From the NCBI GenBank assembly GCA_963674735.2, contig CAXXQS010000001.1, positions 704,001 to 768,000 of the forward strand: a DNA stretch of 64,000 nucleotides, written 5' to 3'. Source of the DNA: Myxococcota bacterium. Its GTDB lineage: Bacteria; Myxococcota_A; SURF-8. A model generated the notes under the pieces. It saw only the letters and a list, made by a program, of their open reading frames with translations. It was not told the origin of the DNA and ran no database searches. This document shows, in pieces, positions 52,194-62,705 of this stretch. Both the position numbers and the translations under genes were made by a program. Every line of letters begins with the position of its first letter. The first letter of the stretch is position 1.

Positions 52194-52222
52194 TTGACAG
52201 AAAGCCCTTCGACATTTAAGGT
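52194..52222 (+). promoter_or_regulatory. Sigma70-type promoter
   Basis: TTGACA-17 nt-TAAGGT. Confidence 0.45.
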
Positions 52223-52268
52223 GTTTCCACTCTTTACGACGATTTGCAACACCGCCACCGGGAAATCG

Positions 52269-52826
52269 ATGACTATCCTTACTCGCTTCATGAACAAACT
52301 GAAACCGATTCTCTCGCGGCGCTTTTTGAAATTCTGTACCGTCGGGGTTAGCGGTGTTGTCGTAAATCTGGGCTTTCTCTGGATTTTCGCGGATCTGTTC
52401 AGGATTCACACCAACCTGGCCTCGGCTTTGGCTATCGAATTGTCCGTTCTGTCGAATTTCGCGATCAACGAGGCCTGGACTTTCCGTGACCGTCGCAACG
52501 GGAATGCCGGATGGCGCGCGGTGCGCTTCAATCTGGTATCGCTGGTCGGTGCGGCGATGCAGTGGTCGATTTTCGTGGCCTTGAATCTGTCGTGGTTCGT
52601 GTGGCTTGGCGCTTCCGATGTGATCGCCGAGTACATTGGCCAAGTGTCTGAGGGAGGCTGGCTCGCGCATGTCGTGCATGCCGTCACCCAGCCGCCCGAA
52701 GTGGGTGAATGGAAGTACCTGTCGCAGCTGATCGGTATCGGTGCGGCGACATTCTGGAATTTCTTGGTGAATTTCTACTGGACCTGGCGTGCGCCCGATG
52801 TTTCGGTGCATCGCCCGTCAACCTAA
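52269..52826 (+). CDS. GtrA-family flippase-like protein
   Basis: KFCTVGVSG.VVN, NFAINEAWTF, WNFLVNFYWTW. Confidence 0.88.
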   Translation: MTILTRFMNKLKPILSRRFLKFCTVGVSGVVVNLGFLWIFADLFRIHTNLASALAIELSVLSNFAINEAWTFRDRRNGNAGWRAVRFNLVSLVGAAMQWSIFVALNLSWFVWLGASDVIAEYIGQVSEGGWLAHVVHAVTQPPEVGEWKYLSQLIGIGAATFWNFLVNFYWTWRAPDVSVHRPST

Positions 52827-52841
52827 AAAAAGGAGGCGACC

Positions 52842-53561
52842 ATGACCGAAGCCCGTTTAGGGAACGGCGCCTTGATTTGCATTCCCACCTACAACGAAAA
52901 AGAGAACGTGCCGCGCATCGTCCCGGCCGTTTTGGAAGAAGTCCCGGAAGCGCATATCCTGATCATTGATGATAACTCGCCCGACGGCACCGGCGAAGCG
53001 GCGGAGAAATTGGCCGCCACCGATGACCGGGTGCACGTTTTGCACCGAAACGCGAAAGAAGGACTGGGCCGCGCTTATATCGATGGTTTCAAGTGGGGCT
53101 TGGCGCGCGGCTACCGCAAGTTCTTCGAGTTCGACGCCGATTTCTCGCATAATCCCGTCTATCTTCCCGGATTTATGGAGATCCTGGAAGACGCCGACGT
53201 GGTGATCGGCTCGCGTCGGATTCCCGGCGGCGAAGTGGAAGATTGGGGGCCGTTGCGGCGATTGATCTCCTGGGGCGGCAGCAAGTATGCCCGTATGGTG
53301 CTCGGCGTTCCGGTGAACGACCTGACCGGCGGCTTCAACGGCTTCCATGACTACGTCCTGCGGAAATTGGACCTCGACCAGTTTCAGACCAACGGCTTCG
53401 GTTTTCAGATCGAAGTGAAATACCGTAGTTCGAAAGCCGGGTTCAAGGTGGTGGAATCTCCGATTACCTTCCCCAATCGCCTCTACGGCGAATCGAAGAT
53501 GTCGAAGCGTATCTTCTTCGAGGCGCTGGTCAACGTCTGGCGTCTGCGCTTCGGAAAGTAA
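52842..53561 (+). CDS. Polyprenol-phosphate mannose synthase (Ppm1/Dpm1-like GT2)
   Basis: IPTYNEKEN, DDNSPDGTG, KEGLGRAY, DADFSHNP, DLTGGF, FQIE. Confidence 0.9.
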   Translation: MTEARLGNGALICIPTYNEKENVPRIVPAVLEEVPEAHILIIDDNSPDGTGEAAEKLAATDDRVHVLHRNAKEGLGRAYIDGFKWGLARGYRKFFEFDADFSHNPVYLPGFMEILEDADVVIGSRRIPGGEVEDWGPLRRLISWGGSKYARMVLGVPVNDLTGGFNGFHDYVLRKLDLDQFQTNGFGFQIEVKYRSSKAGFKVVESPITFPNRLYGESKMSKRIFFEALVNVWRLRFGK

Positions 53562-53770
53562 TTTCAACGTATCCGCCCCCACTCGTCGATGCTTCCGGCG
53601 AGTGATCCAGATTGTCTTGGTTTCGCCCACGATTGCCGCTATACTCACATGCAGGCGAAATTTCGCCCGATGCGGCTCGCACCGTATCCGACTCTCTGAA
53701 GAAGCAAAATTCTCGTTTGGCAAGCGTTTCAGCCGAGGTGCAGACCATGCGATCAGGAGTGCGTGTTAGC

Positions 53771-53956
53771 ATGAACGCGACGATTCTTATCTGCTCGTTC
53801 ATTCTCGCACTTCTCGGCGGATGCCAATCATCCGGCAACCTGGCCCACCGCATCCACGTCTACCCCATTTGCAAACGTACTGGCCATCATGCCGAAAATC
53901 ACACACGAAAATCGGACTTTGTATTTGTATTTTTGAATCGAAACCAGTTATACTAA
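53771..53956 (+). CDS. Small putative lipoprotein or gene remnant
   Basis: AGGAG RBS; MNATILICSFILALLGGC lipobox; short non-descript mature part. Confidence 0.35.
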   Translation: MNATILICSFILALLGGCQSSGNLAHRIHVYPICKRTGHHAENHTRKSDFVFVFLNRNQLY

Positions 53957-54020
53957 ATATTCGGTCAACGGATTGGGTGATCGTGAAGGTGATGTCTCTT
54001 TGTCGGATCGGAGGTCGAAC

Positions 54021-54725
54021 ATGTCGCAGCTCACAACCAAAAGCCTCAGTTGGCTGTCGGTCCTATTCGGTCGTGGGAAAACGCAATCCCCCGCCGCGTT
54101 ACATCTGCAATTCGTCAAGATGCTCGACATCGCCGCCGAAATGTACACCAGCGTGCTGACGGCAATTCTGGACGCAAAGCCCGATGCCCCCGATATCACC
54201 GAGCGGATCGAGCAGCTCGACGACCAACTGGCCGATCTCGAACAGGACATCCGCCGCGATATTCTGGTGGCGTTGTCGGCCAGTGACAATGTGGCGCAGG
54301 ATATCACCGGTATGTTGTCGCTTTTGCGTCTGGTTACCGATGCCGAGCGCCTCGGCGACTTCTGCAAAAACATCTACCGCGTCTTCGTGCGTGAGTCTTT
54401 CAATCTGAATGACGATCAGCGGGCGATTCTCAGAACGCAGCACGCCTGGCTCGTGCCGGCCTTCGCTCAACTCAAGCAGGCGCTGCTTGAGCAGGAGGCG
54501 GATCTTGCCAAGGCCATTACCAAACAGGCGCGGGAATACATCCGAGTTTGTGGCCGGATCGTCGATGAGCTGATCGCCGACCAGACCATCAGCGTGAATC
54601 CCGTTGCGGCTGCGTTGGTTTTCCGCTTGCACAAACGGCTGCTGTCACACTTCAGCCATATTTCGTTGGCGGTTTTCATGCCGTACGACGATAGCTCGAT
54701 CGATTTCGACCAGATCGGCGTGTAA
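54021..54725 (+). CDS. PhoU-domain protein
   Basis: DDQLADLEQDIRR and DAERLGDFCKNI; helical; RBS ggagg. Confidence 0.75.
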   Translation: MSQLTTKSLSWLSVLFGRGKTQSPAALHLQFVKMLDIAAEMYTSVLTAILDAKPDAPDITERIEQLDDQLADLEQDIRRDILVALSASDNVAQDITGMLSLLRLVTDAERLGDFCKNIYRVFVRESFNLNDDQRAILRTQHAWLVPAFAQLKQALLEQEADLAKAITKQAREYIRVCGRIVDELIADQTISVNPVAAALVFRLHKRLLSHFSHISLAVFMPYDDSSIDFDQIGV

Positions 54726-54779
54726 TCGTTTTTGATTGGAGAAGCGGGCGCGTATGGAGTTACGCACCCGATTTGACAA

Positions 54780-55853
<1,074 letters not shown>

Positions 55854-55932
55854 CTAGCATAACGCCGGGGGGCGTTGGATGCAAGGAAAATTGAAATGAT
55901 TCCGTGGCGAAATTCACGACATGAGATGTTTT

Positions 55933-58704
55933 TCAAGGTCGTTGCGGCGGATTCGGGCCCAGGGTTTGTTTGAGCTTGTACACCCGTTCGAGAACCGTGT
56001 CGTCATCTGCAAAACGCCGGGCTATCTGATCTAGAACATTCCGAGATTCCTCGTGTTTTCCCAATTTAGCCAGCATCTCACTCACCCGTAACAACGGATC
56101 GGGATGAGCGGGATTCAATTTGCGCGCCGCTAAAAACTGTCCCAGGGCGTCGTTAAGTCGATTAACCGAGATATAGCGGGCCGCCAGCTCCATGCGTGCA
56201 GTGAAAGCACCGGGTCGATCGCGAACGGCTTCTTCGGCTTTGGCCAGCGCCAGCCGAACTGATGAGGGAATGTCCTGGGGGCCCTTGGAACCCGGTTCTT
56301 CAAATTCCTCCAAACTCTCCCTTTCTTGCACGCAAGCGGTCGCGGCTTGAGTGAAGGCTTCGCTGTCGATGGGTTGATTGTCGGATCGGCGCACCCAGTC
56401 AAGGGCCAGGGCCAGCAGCGCGGGTTCATCGATTCGTTTTTGCGTAGCGCCGAAAGGTTCCAGCAAACGATAGACGGCGGCCGTTTCATCGTGTTGAAAA
56501 CGCCAGGGTTCTTCGGGAGAATAGCCGAATTTCAACGATGCGTCCCACCGTTCTTCCGGATAGTCGTCGATGGCGAGACTGTCGCGTTGGGCCAGACGAT
56601 ATAGCGGAGCGTCTTTGTAAAGGCGCAGTTTGGTGAAAATGGCTCCGGCGCGAAAACGCGAGAAGTCTGTTTCTTTCAGAACGGCGCGGTTGATCTCCAA
56701 ATCGGCGAGCGTTGTCCAAGGCGTGAACAGAATGAACCCGCTGGCGCCGTGGCTATGGGACAACGCGCTTGGAAAGGCTTTGGCGAGGTCATCGAGCAAC
56801 GTGATGGCCTGCCGGTTGTCTTGGACGGTGACGCCCTTATTGAAGCGATCGAGCTCCGGTTGTGAGAAATTCTCGAAACCGAGGCAAAAAAGGTCGAGGC
56901 GATGGCGAACGGCTTTCGCCTTTTCGAGGAGTTTGCGGAGAAGCTCGCCATGAGCCAAAACGTCCGGGACGCGCAGATCGAGTTGCCAAGTGACATTACT
57001 TACCCCCTCTTGTTCGGCGAAATCAAGCAGGTAAGGCATGGCCGGCAAGACCGCTTGGTCCAGAATCCGTGCGCTTCTGGGACCATCGGTATAGGCGAGC
57101 AGATCGCGGACCTGATGAATCAGCGAGGCCGCTTGCCGTTTGGCTGACACGGGCCGCCACCAGGGTGTGCGTCCGGTGCAATAACTGCAGCCTTTGACAA
57201 AAGGTGTTCGATCGGTCTCCAGACCGGCAAAGGCCGGGTTTTGTTTGCACGGGGTCTGATAGGGACAGCCTGGTCGCGCCATGATTTCCTGGGTAGCGGG
57301 CAGACGCGTGACGTTGGGATTGAGGCGAGTCGGCGACACGCGCAGGTTGAGCGGATGCGTCGGATCGACCATCAGATCCGGGCTTGCGTCGGAATCGAAG
57401 CCCTCCCATACCGACCCCTCCACTTCGCCGTCCCGTACCGGCTTCAGCCAGTTCGGTGGTGTGTCTGCCGCGATTCCCAGCACTGTGTGAATGAAGCGGG
57501 CGCGGTCGAGTACGGGCAGCATGTGGGTGATGCCGAAGGCGCGCGAGGGCGTAGCCGTGTCGATCAGGATGCGTGGAAGATCCGGGAAGCGTTGGGCCAG
57601 ACTGGCAAGCAATTTACGCGGGAACGTGCGGAAGAAATAAACCTGGGTCACCTCTTCTTTCACGATCCGTTCCAAAAAGTCGGTAATCATTTGCTCTTCG
57701 AGATCCGTTTGACCCAGCGGATGATGATATTCCAAATATTGCAAACGAATGCCGTTTTCCGTGAGGTCGCCTGCATACAGTCGGGGAAAAAATCCCGACA
57801 GCATCTGCTCGTGCTCGTTGGGATAGGTTTCCAAAAGCAGCACAGACGGTTTTTGACGGAAAGGGTGGGGCTGTTGTGGAGTGATCCATAACGGTTTCAC
57901 CGGATGATCGGCCGGGTGGACCGTCCAGGCTTCGCCATTTTCGGGTTCGAAGTTCCAGGCGCTGTTCGCCTCGCGTTTCAGGAGTCCGGGAATCGAAAAA
58001 CGGGCCAGCCATGCGGAGTCGAGCCGCTGGCTTTCGTTGTCGGTCAGATGAAGCGATTGAACGCGGAATTCATTGGGAGAAATGGCGTTTCCATCAAGCC
58101 GCAGGTAATGGCTATCGTCCAGGTAGAAAACCGGCCGATGCAAGCAGACGTCGATTTCGTCCGCCCAGCGCGGGTCGAGCTGACGGGCGGTGCGGCGCAC
58201 CTGTTCGGCGATCGTTTGGGATGCGGAGCAATTGAGCGAACAGGGCGTGTGTTGCAACCAAGTGGGTGAGCTTCGTCCTAGAAGCAGCACCTGCGGATCG
58301 ATGCGGCCTTGGGTGGCGTGATAAGCCGCGCGTAAGAGGTAGCTGTCGCGATGGGAGCGCAGGCGCAGGTAGGCCTCGACGCAGCAGCTTGGATATCCCA
58401 ACAACATCGCCAGTTCACGTGTTGTGTTATCCGCCTCGCCGCCATCGAGCAGCAACAGCCGCTCTTGTACGTAAAGGGCCTCGGCGCGTTGCCGTTCGTC
58501 GTCGGTTGCGCCGACGATAAGGATGGCTTCCCGATCGCCGCGATCGAAACGTCGATTGGTTTCTTGTGCGAGTGGCTGCGCCGCAAATCCGCTTTCGATA
58601 AACCATTGTCCGGCCGCTTTGAGGTCGTCGGGAGCGCAGCGCACCAGCGCGGCGCGTTTGACACCCGCTTTTAGCTGCAACCATTCATTGCGATAGCGTT
58701 CCAT
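55933..58704 (-). CDS. Multidomain radical SAM-like protein (DUF483-like N-terminus, atypical cluster motif, TPR C-terminus)
   Basis: LLGYPSCC, HTPCSLNC; GCPY...GCSYC; GFENFS..ELDRFNKG, FILFTPWTT; TPRs. Confidence 0.7.
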   Translation of the reverse strand: MERYRNEWLQLKAGVKRAALVRCAPDDLKAAGQWFIESGFAAQPLAQETNRRFDRGDREAILIVGATDDERQRAEALYVQERLLLLDGGEADNTTRELAMLLGYPSCCVEAYLRLRSHRDSYLLRAAYHATQGRIDPQVLLLGRSSPTWLQHTPCSLNCSASQTIAEQVRRTARQLDPRWADEIDVCLHRPVFYLDDSHYLRLDGNAISPNEFRVQSLHLTDNESQRLDSAWLARFSIPGLLKREANSAWNFEPENGEAWTVHPADHPVKPLWITPQQPHPFRQKPSVLLLETYPNEHEQMLSGFFPRLYAGDLTENGIRLQYLEYHHPLGQTDLEEQMITDFLERIVKEEVTQVYFFRTFPRKLLASLAQRFPDLPRILIDTATPSRAFGITHMLPVLDRARFIHTVLGIAADTPPNWLKPVRDGEVEGSVWEGFDSDASPDLMVDPTHPLNLRVSPTRLNPNVTRLPATQEIMARPGCPYQTPCKQNPAFAGLETDRTPFVKGCSYCTGRTPWWRPVSAKRQAASLIHQVRDLLAYTDGPRSARILDQAVLPAMPYLLDFAEQEGVSNVTWQLDLRVPDVLAHGELLRKLLEKAKAVRHRLDLFCLGFENFSQPELDRFNKGVTVQDNRQAITLLDDLAKAFPSALSHSHGASGFILFTPWTTLADLEINRAVLKETDFSRFRAGAIFTKLRLYKDAPLYRLAQRDSLAIDDYPEERWDASLKFGYSPEEPWRFQHDETAAVYRLLEPFGATQKRIDEPALLALALDWVRRSDNQPIDSEAFTQAATACVQERESLEEFEEPGSKGPQDIPSSVRLALAKAEEAVRDRPGAFTARMELAARYISVNRLNDALGQFLAARKLNPAHPDPLLRVSEMLAKLGKHEESRNVLDQIARRFADDDTVLERVYKLKQTLGPNPPQRP

Positions 58705-58919
58705 TTATTCTCCACGGAGTTTCACACCCCGGTTTTCCGAATAGAATCTCTCCCGCGATTATGAACCAGTCTCTTTCTGTGCGCAAGTCGATTGGATCTG
58801 GGTGACGGTGCCTGTTGTTATCGGAGCGCTATGGCTTGACAAGGCTTGAGAAACCATGATAACTGGAAGTAATGTCGATGTTGGGAATAACGTATAATCA
58901 TTGTATCAGGAGGAATACC

Positions 58920-59507
58920 ATGGGGAAAACGTGTTGCGGTTTGGTTCTCGTGACTCTGCTCCTGCTGACGGCGGCTATGGCTTTTGCCGGAGAGCGGGAA
59001 GACGCAAAAGCGGAATTGGCTCGGCTGGAAAAAGTGAAGGAGTATACCAAAAACTCGATCATCCCCTTGATTAACTGCTACGCTTCCCATCAGCCGCAAT
59101 TGCAATTTCTCAACGGAGATTTTCCCAATGCCGGACGGGAACACGTCTCCAAGATGGATTACTGCACGACGGCTTATCCCGAGCAAGTCGCCGGTGAACC
59201 GAAGCTGATGCAGATCAAACAGAAAGTGATCGGTCTGCTGCAACAGGACATCCAACTCGGCAGGCAGTATATCGATGGTTGGGATGCCTACAATGCTTTG
59301 GCCGCCCAGTATGCGAGCAAGTCGAAAAAGAAAAAAGAAGCGATCAAGGCTCAGATGGATGAGCAGAAAACCAAGCTCGAATCGATGAAGCAGGAACTGT
59401 ACAAGCACGCCACCGATTTTCAGGAGACTCAGAAAGACTACAAGGCTTTTCAGCAAGACCTGATCAAGCGGTATGTCGAAGCGCGCGATAAAGCGAACAA
59501 AAAATAG
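58920..59507 (+). CDS. Secreted helical/coiled-coil hypothetical protein
   Basis: RBS aggagg, signal peptide AFA, Lys/Glu-rich helices. Confidence 0.75.
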   Translation: MGKTCCGLVLVTLLLLTAAMAFAGEREDAKAELARLEKVKEYTKNSIIPLINCYASHQPQLQFLNGDFPNAGREHVSKMDYCTTAYPEQVAGEPKLMQIKQKVIGLLQQDIQLGRQYIDGWDAYNALAAQYASKSKKKKEAIKAQMDEQKTKLESMKQELYKHATDFQETQKDYKAFQQDLIKRYVEARDKANKK

Positions 59508-59831
59508 CCTTTCCCTATACGCCGGCTCGGCTTCGTTATTCGGAAAACGATACCTGGATAGCGAATCTGCAGTCGGCGGTTTTGTGTCCGGTGGCGGCCG
59601 GTGTGGGCTCGTTCAATTGCTTCGGCGGGCTTTCACAGAGCAAAAAGAAACTCTGCGCGATTGGATAAATTCGCGAGATATAACGGAAAAATCTTGTCAG
59701 ACCCTTTCCCCTTGCCTATACTGGTTGCGATGTAATAGTGAAATCCGAATGATCGTGACGTACGGGACTGACAAGGCGGGGCGTGTCTGAGTGTCTTTCA
59801 GCGCTTGCCGCCAAACGGTTGGAGCACAAGC

Positions 59832-60152
59832 ATGGGTGAATACAAAGACCGCCTCTATCCGCGAGTCGAGGTTTCGGTGACGGTTGACATCAACGCCGAA
59901 GACGTGCTGCTTTACCACCGCATCGAGAACATCAGTCTGGGTGGGGTCTGCGTTAAGACGTCCTCCCTGGAGCCCGTGGGCAGTCGTGTGGAAGTGGTGG
60001 TGAATATGCCGGATTCGCAAGACGAGTTGGAGGTGATGGGAGAGGTCGTGTGGACCTCCGATCAGCCGGACTCGAAGATGGGCATCCGCTTTCTCGACAT
60101 GAACGACACGGTCAAGGAAACATTGCGCACCTTCCTCTACAAACAACAATAA
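59832..60152 (+). CDS. PilZ domain protein
   Basis: RLYPR and NISLGG c-di-GMP motifs; MGIRF. Confidence 0.9.
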   Translation: MGEYKDRLYPRVEVSVTVDINAEDVLLYHRIENISLGGVCVKTSSLEPVGSRVEVVVNMPDSQDELEVMGEVVWTSDQPDSKMGIRFLDMNDTVKETLRTFLYKQQ

Positions 60153-60219
60153 AGTATCGGATTACCATTACGATGAGCGGGAAAGACCGACACGATGGGC
60201 CGCAAACGTGACTACGACC

Positions 60220-60636
60220 ATGGACCCAATCCTGGAGAAACAACTGATTGTCCAGGCGCGCCAGGCAAGCCGGCGGGCGTACGCACCGTACTCGGGATTT
60301 GCCGTCGGGGCGGCCCTCTTGGCCGTCGACGGGAGCATTTTCAGCGGCTGCAACGTCGAAAACGCTTCGTACGGGGCGACGATTTGCGCGGAACGTGCGG
60401 CGGTGACGGCGGCCGTGGGAGCGGGAGCGACCCGCTTCACGGCGATTGCCATCTACACGCCCACGGACAGCCCGACCCCGCCCTGCGGGATCTGCCGCCA
60501 GGTACTGATGGAGTTCGGGCCCGAGATGACCGTGATCTGCGTGGCCAAGAAGGGTCGCAAAACCCGGCAAACGCTGAAGGAACTGCTCCCGGCGGCCTTT
60601 TCCGTCCGGGATCTACCCAAACCTCCCAAACGCTGA
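60220..60636 (+). CDS. cdd: Cytidine deaminase
   Basis: YAPYS.F.VGAA, GCNVENASY, CAER, PCGICRQ. Confidence 0.96.
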   Translation: MDPILEKQLIVQARQASRRAYAPYSGFAVGAALLAVDGSIFSGCNVENASYGATICAERAAVTAAVGAGATRFTAIAIYTPTDSPTPPCGICRQVLMEFGPEMTVICVAKKGRKTRQTLKELLPAAFSVRDLPKPPKR

Positions 60637-61952
60637 GGCTGATCAACGGCCGCATCCTCGCCGCTCCCGGCGAAAGCGATCCCATCGAGGGCGACATCCT
60701 GATCCGGAACGGCGAAATCGTGGCCATCGGTGACGCGTCATCGGAAGCGCTGGTCGGAGCCGAAGTGATCGATTGTGCGGGCGGACTGGTGTTGCCGGGA
60801 TTCGTGCAGGCCCACGTGCACATGGCGCAGACGCTCTTTCGTGGTTTGGGCGAGGGTCTTGAACTACTCGAATGGCTGTCCCAGCGGATTTTGCCGCTCG
60901 AAGCCGCCCATGACGCCGATACGCTTTATGCCTCGGCGCGCTTGGGTTTGGCGGAACTGATACTCGGCGGGCATACCGCACTGCTCGACTTCGGTTCCGT
61001 TGTGCACATGGAGGCAATTTTCGAAGCGGCGCGCGATATGGGGATTCGGCTGACGTCCGGCAAGATCATGATGGACCAGGGCAAGGCCACGCCCGCTCCG
61101 CTTAAGGAAGATAGCCGCAGGGCGCTGGCGGGAGCGGAGAAGATCCTGGGCATCTATCACGGCAAGGAAAACGGTCGCCTGCGGGTGGCGTTGACACCGC
61201 GCTTTTTGTTGTCCTGCTCGCCGAAGTTGCTTGAGGCGTCGCTCAAACTGGCGGCGGAAGCCGACGTGCTGTGGCATACGCATATCGCCGAACAGATCCC
61301 CGAAATCCGCGCCGTGATGAAAGACACCGGCAAGCGCTCGCTGGAGTTGCTGGAGGATCTGGGGGCGGGCGAGGCGCGTTTGGCCCTGGCGCACATGGTG
61401 CATCTGACCGCCAAGGAAAAGCGCATCCTGAGCGGCTGGCGGGCGGGGGTCTTGCATTGTCCGCGCGCCAACAGCAAGCTCGGTTCCGGCGTGGCCAAGA
61501 TTCCCGAGTTTATCGAAAGCGGCGTGACGGTGGGGTTGGGCTCGGACGGCAGCGCCTGCAACAACCGCCTGGATATGTTCGAGGAAATGCGTGCGGCGGC
61601 GGCCCTGCAGGATCTCAATGCGGCTCCCGGTGCGTTGTCGGGTGGACGACTGCTGCAGATGGCCACCTCCGGCGGGGCGCGCGCGATCGGGATCGACGAT
61701 GTGGCCGGAACGCTCGATGTAGGCAAACGCGCCGATCTGATCGTGCTGGACACCAATCGTGTCGCTTCGGTATCGGGGGCGGAACCTTGCGACGCCGTGG
61801 CACATCATTTGGACGCTCGGGCGGTGAAGCTGGTGATGGTGGACGGCGTGATTCTGGCGGCGGACGGCAAGTTGCGGGTCGCCGATGAAGCGGAAATCGT
61901 GCGCGAGGCTGCGCGCGCCATCGAAACATTGAAACAACGGGCCTTTTCCTAG
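60633..61952 (+). CDS. Amidohydrolase, SAH/MTA/5'-deoxyadenosine deaminase-like (start codon uncertain)
   Basis: PGFVQAHVH, HTHIAE, AHMVH, HCP..NSKLGSG, LGSDG, GKRADL; lies between cdd and hpt. Confidence 0.88.
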   Translation: MRLINGRILAAPGESDPIEGDILIRNGEIVAIGDASSEALVGAEVIDCAGGLVLPGFVQAHVHMAQTLFRGLGEGLELLEWLSQRILPLEAAHDADTLYASARLGLAELILGGHTALLDFGSVVHMEAIFEAARDMGIRLTSGKIMMDQGKATPAPLKEDSRRALAGAEKILGIYHGKENGRLRVALTPRFLLSCSPKLLEASLKLAAEADVLWHTHIAEQIPEIRAVMKDTGKRSLELLEDLGAGEARLALAHMVHLTAKEKRILSGWRAGVLHCPRANSKLGSGVAKIPEFIESGVTVGLGSDGSACNNRLDMFEEMRAAAALQDLNAAPGALSGGRLLQMATSGGARAIGIDDVAGTLDVGKRADLIVLDTNRVASVSGAEPCDAVAHHLDARAVKLVMVDGVILAADGKLRVADEAEIVREAARAIETLKQRAFS

Positions 61953-61980
61953 GCCGTGACCGACTGCGAGGGAGTATCGA

Positions 61981-62532
61981 ATGCTGGATAAATATGAGGC
62001 CTTGTTGACGAAAGAGCAGATTGAAGAACGCATTCGGGAAATGGGGCGGCAGATCACCCAGGATTACCAGGGGAAGAGCATCCACTGCCTGTGCATCCTG
62101 AAGGGGGCCTTCATTTTCATGGCCGATTTGGTGCGCCACGTCGATGCGCCCATCACCTGCGATTTTCTCACCATCTCCAGCTATGGCGATCTCACCCATT
62201 CCACTGGCGTGGTCAAGCTGCTCACCGATCTGACCGTCCCCATCGACGGCCGCCACGTGCTGGTGGTGGAGGATATCGTCGAGACGGGCTTGACCTTGAA
62301 ATACCTGCTTGAGAACCTGCACACGCGTCAGCCCGCCAGCGTGCGCGTCTGCTCGCTTCTGCACAAGCCGGAAGGCAAGCAGGTGGAAGTGCCCATCGAC
62401 TACTGCGGTTTCGTCATCCCCAACAAGTTCGTCATCGGCTACGGATTGGACGACAAGCAGTACGAACGCAACCTGCCCTATATCGGCGTGGTTGATACGC
62501 CCGACGAGGACGCCGAAAACTCGGGGGCGTAA
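61981..62532 (+). CDS. hpt: Hypoxanthine phosphoribosyltransferase
   Basis: ILKGAFIFMADL, VEDIVETG.TL, FVIGYGLD, RNLPYI. Confidence 0.96.
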   Translation: MLDKYEALLTKEQIEERIREMGRQITQDYQGKSIHCLCILKGAFIFMADLVRHVDAPITCDFLTISSYGDLTHSTGVVKLLTDLTVPIDGRHVLVVEDIVETGLTLKYLLENLHTRQPASVRVCSLLHKPEGKQVEVPIDYCGFVIPNKFVIGYGLDDKQYERNLPYIGVVDTPDEDAENSGA

Positions 62533-62705
62533 CCCGCTCTTCGGCGATCCTTCACCCACATTCAAGCCGTAACACCCTGTTGCCGTAACAATTGACTCAC
62601 TATTGGGTTGACAGGGCGAGATGCGTCTGCATACTGGAAGAAGGGGTTTCGGAAGCCGCCTATCCCGGCTGGTGTCCGATACCAAATTAACAACGAGGAA
62701 TTTCA

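Noticed and set aside
60195-60632. N-terminal 146 aa of the 585-aa ORF
   Set aside because: Alternative frame over cdd, Gly/Arg/Pro-rich and without amidohydrolase features
60615-60632. CCCAAAC heptamers as a programmed -1 frameshift site
   Set aside because: In the cdd frame they read CCC AAA C, not X XXY YYZ, so canonical tandem slippage does not fit
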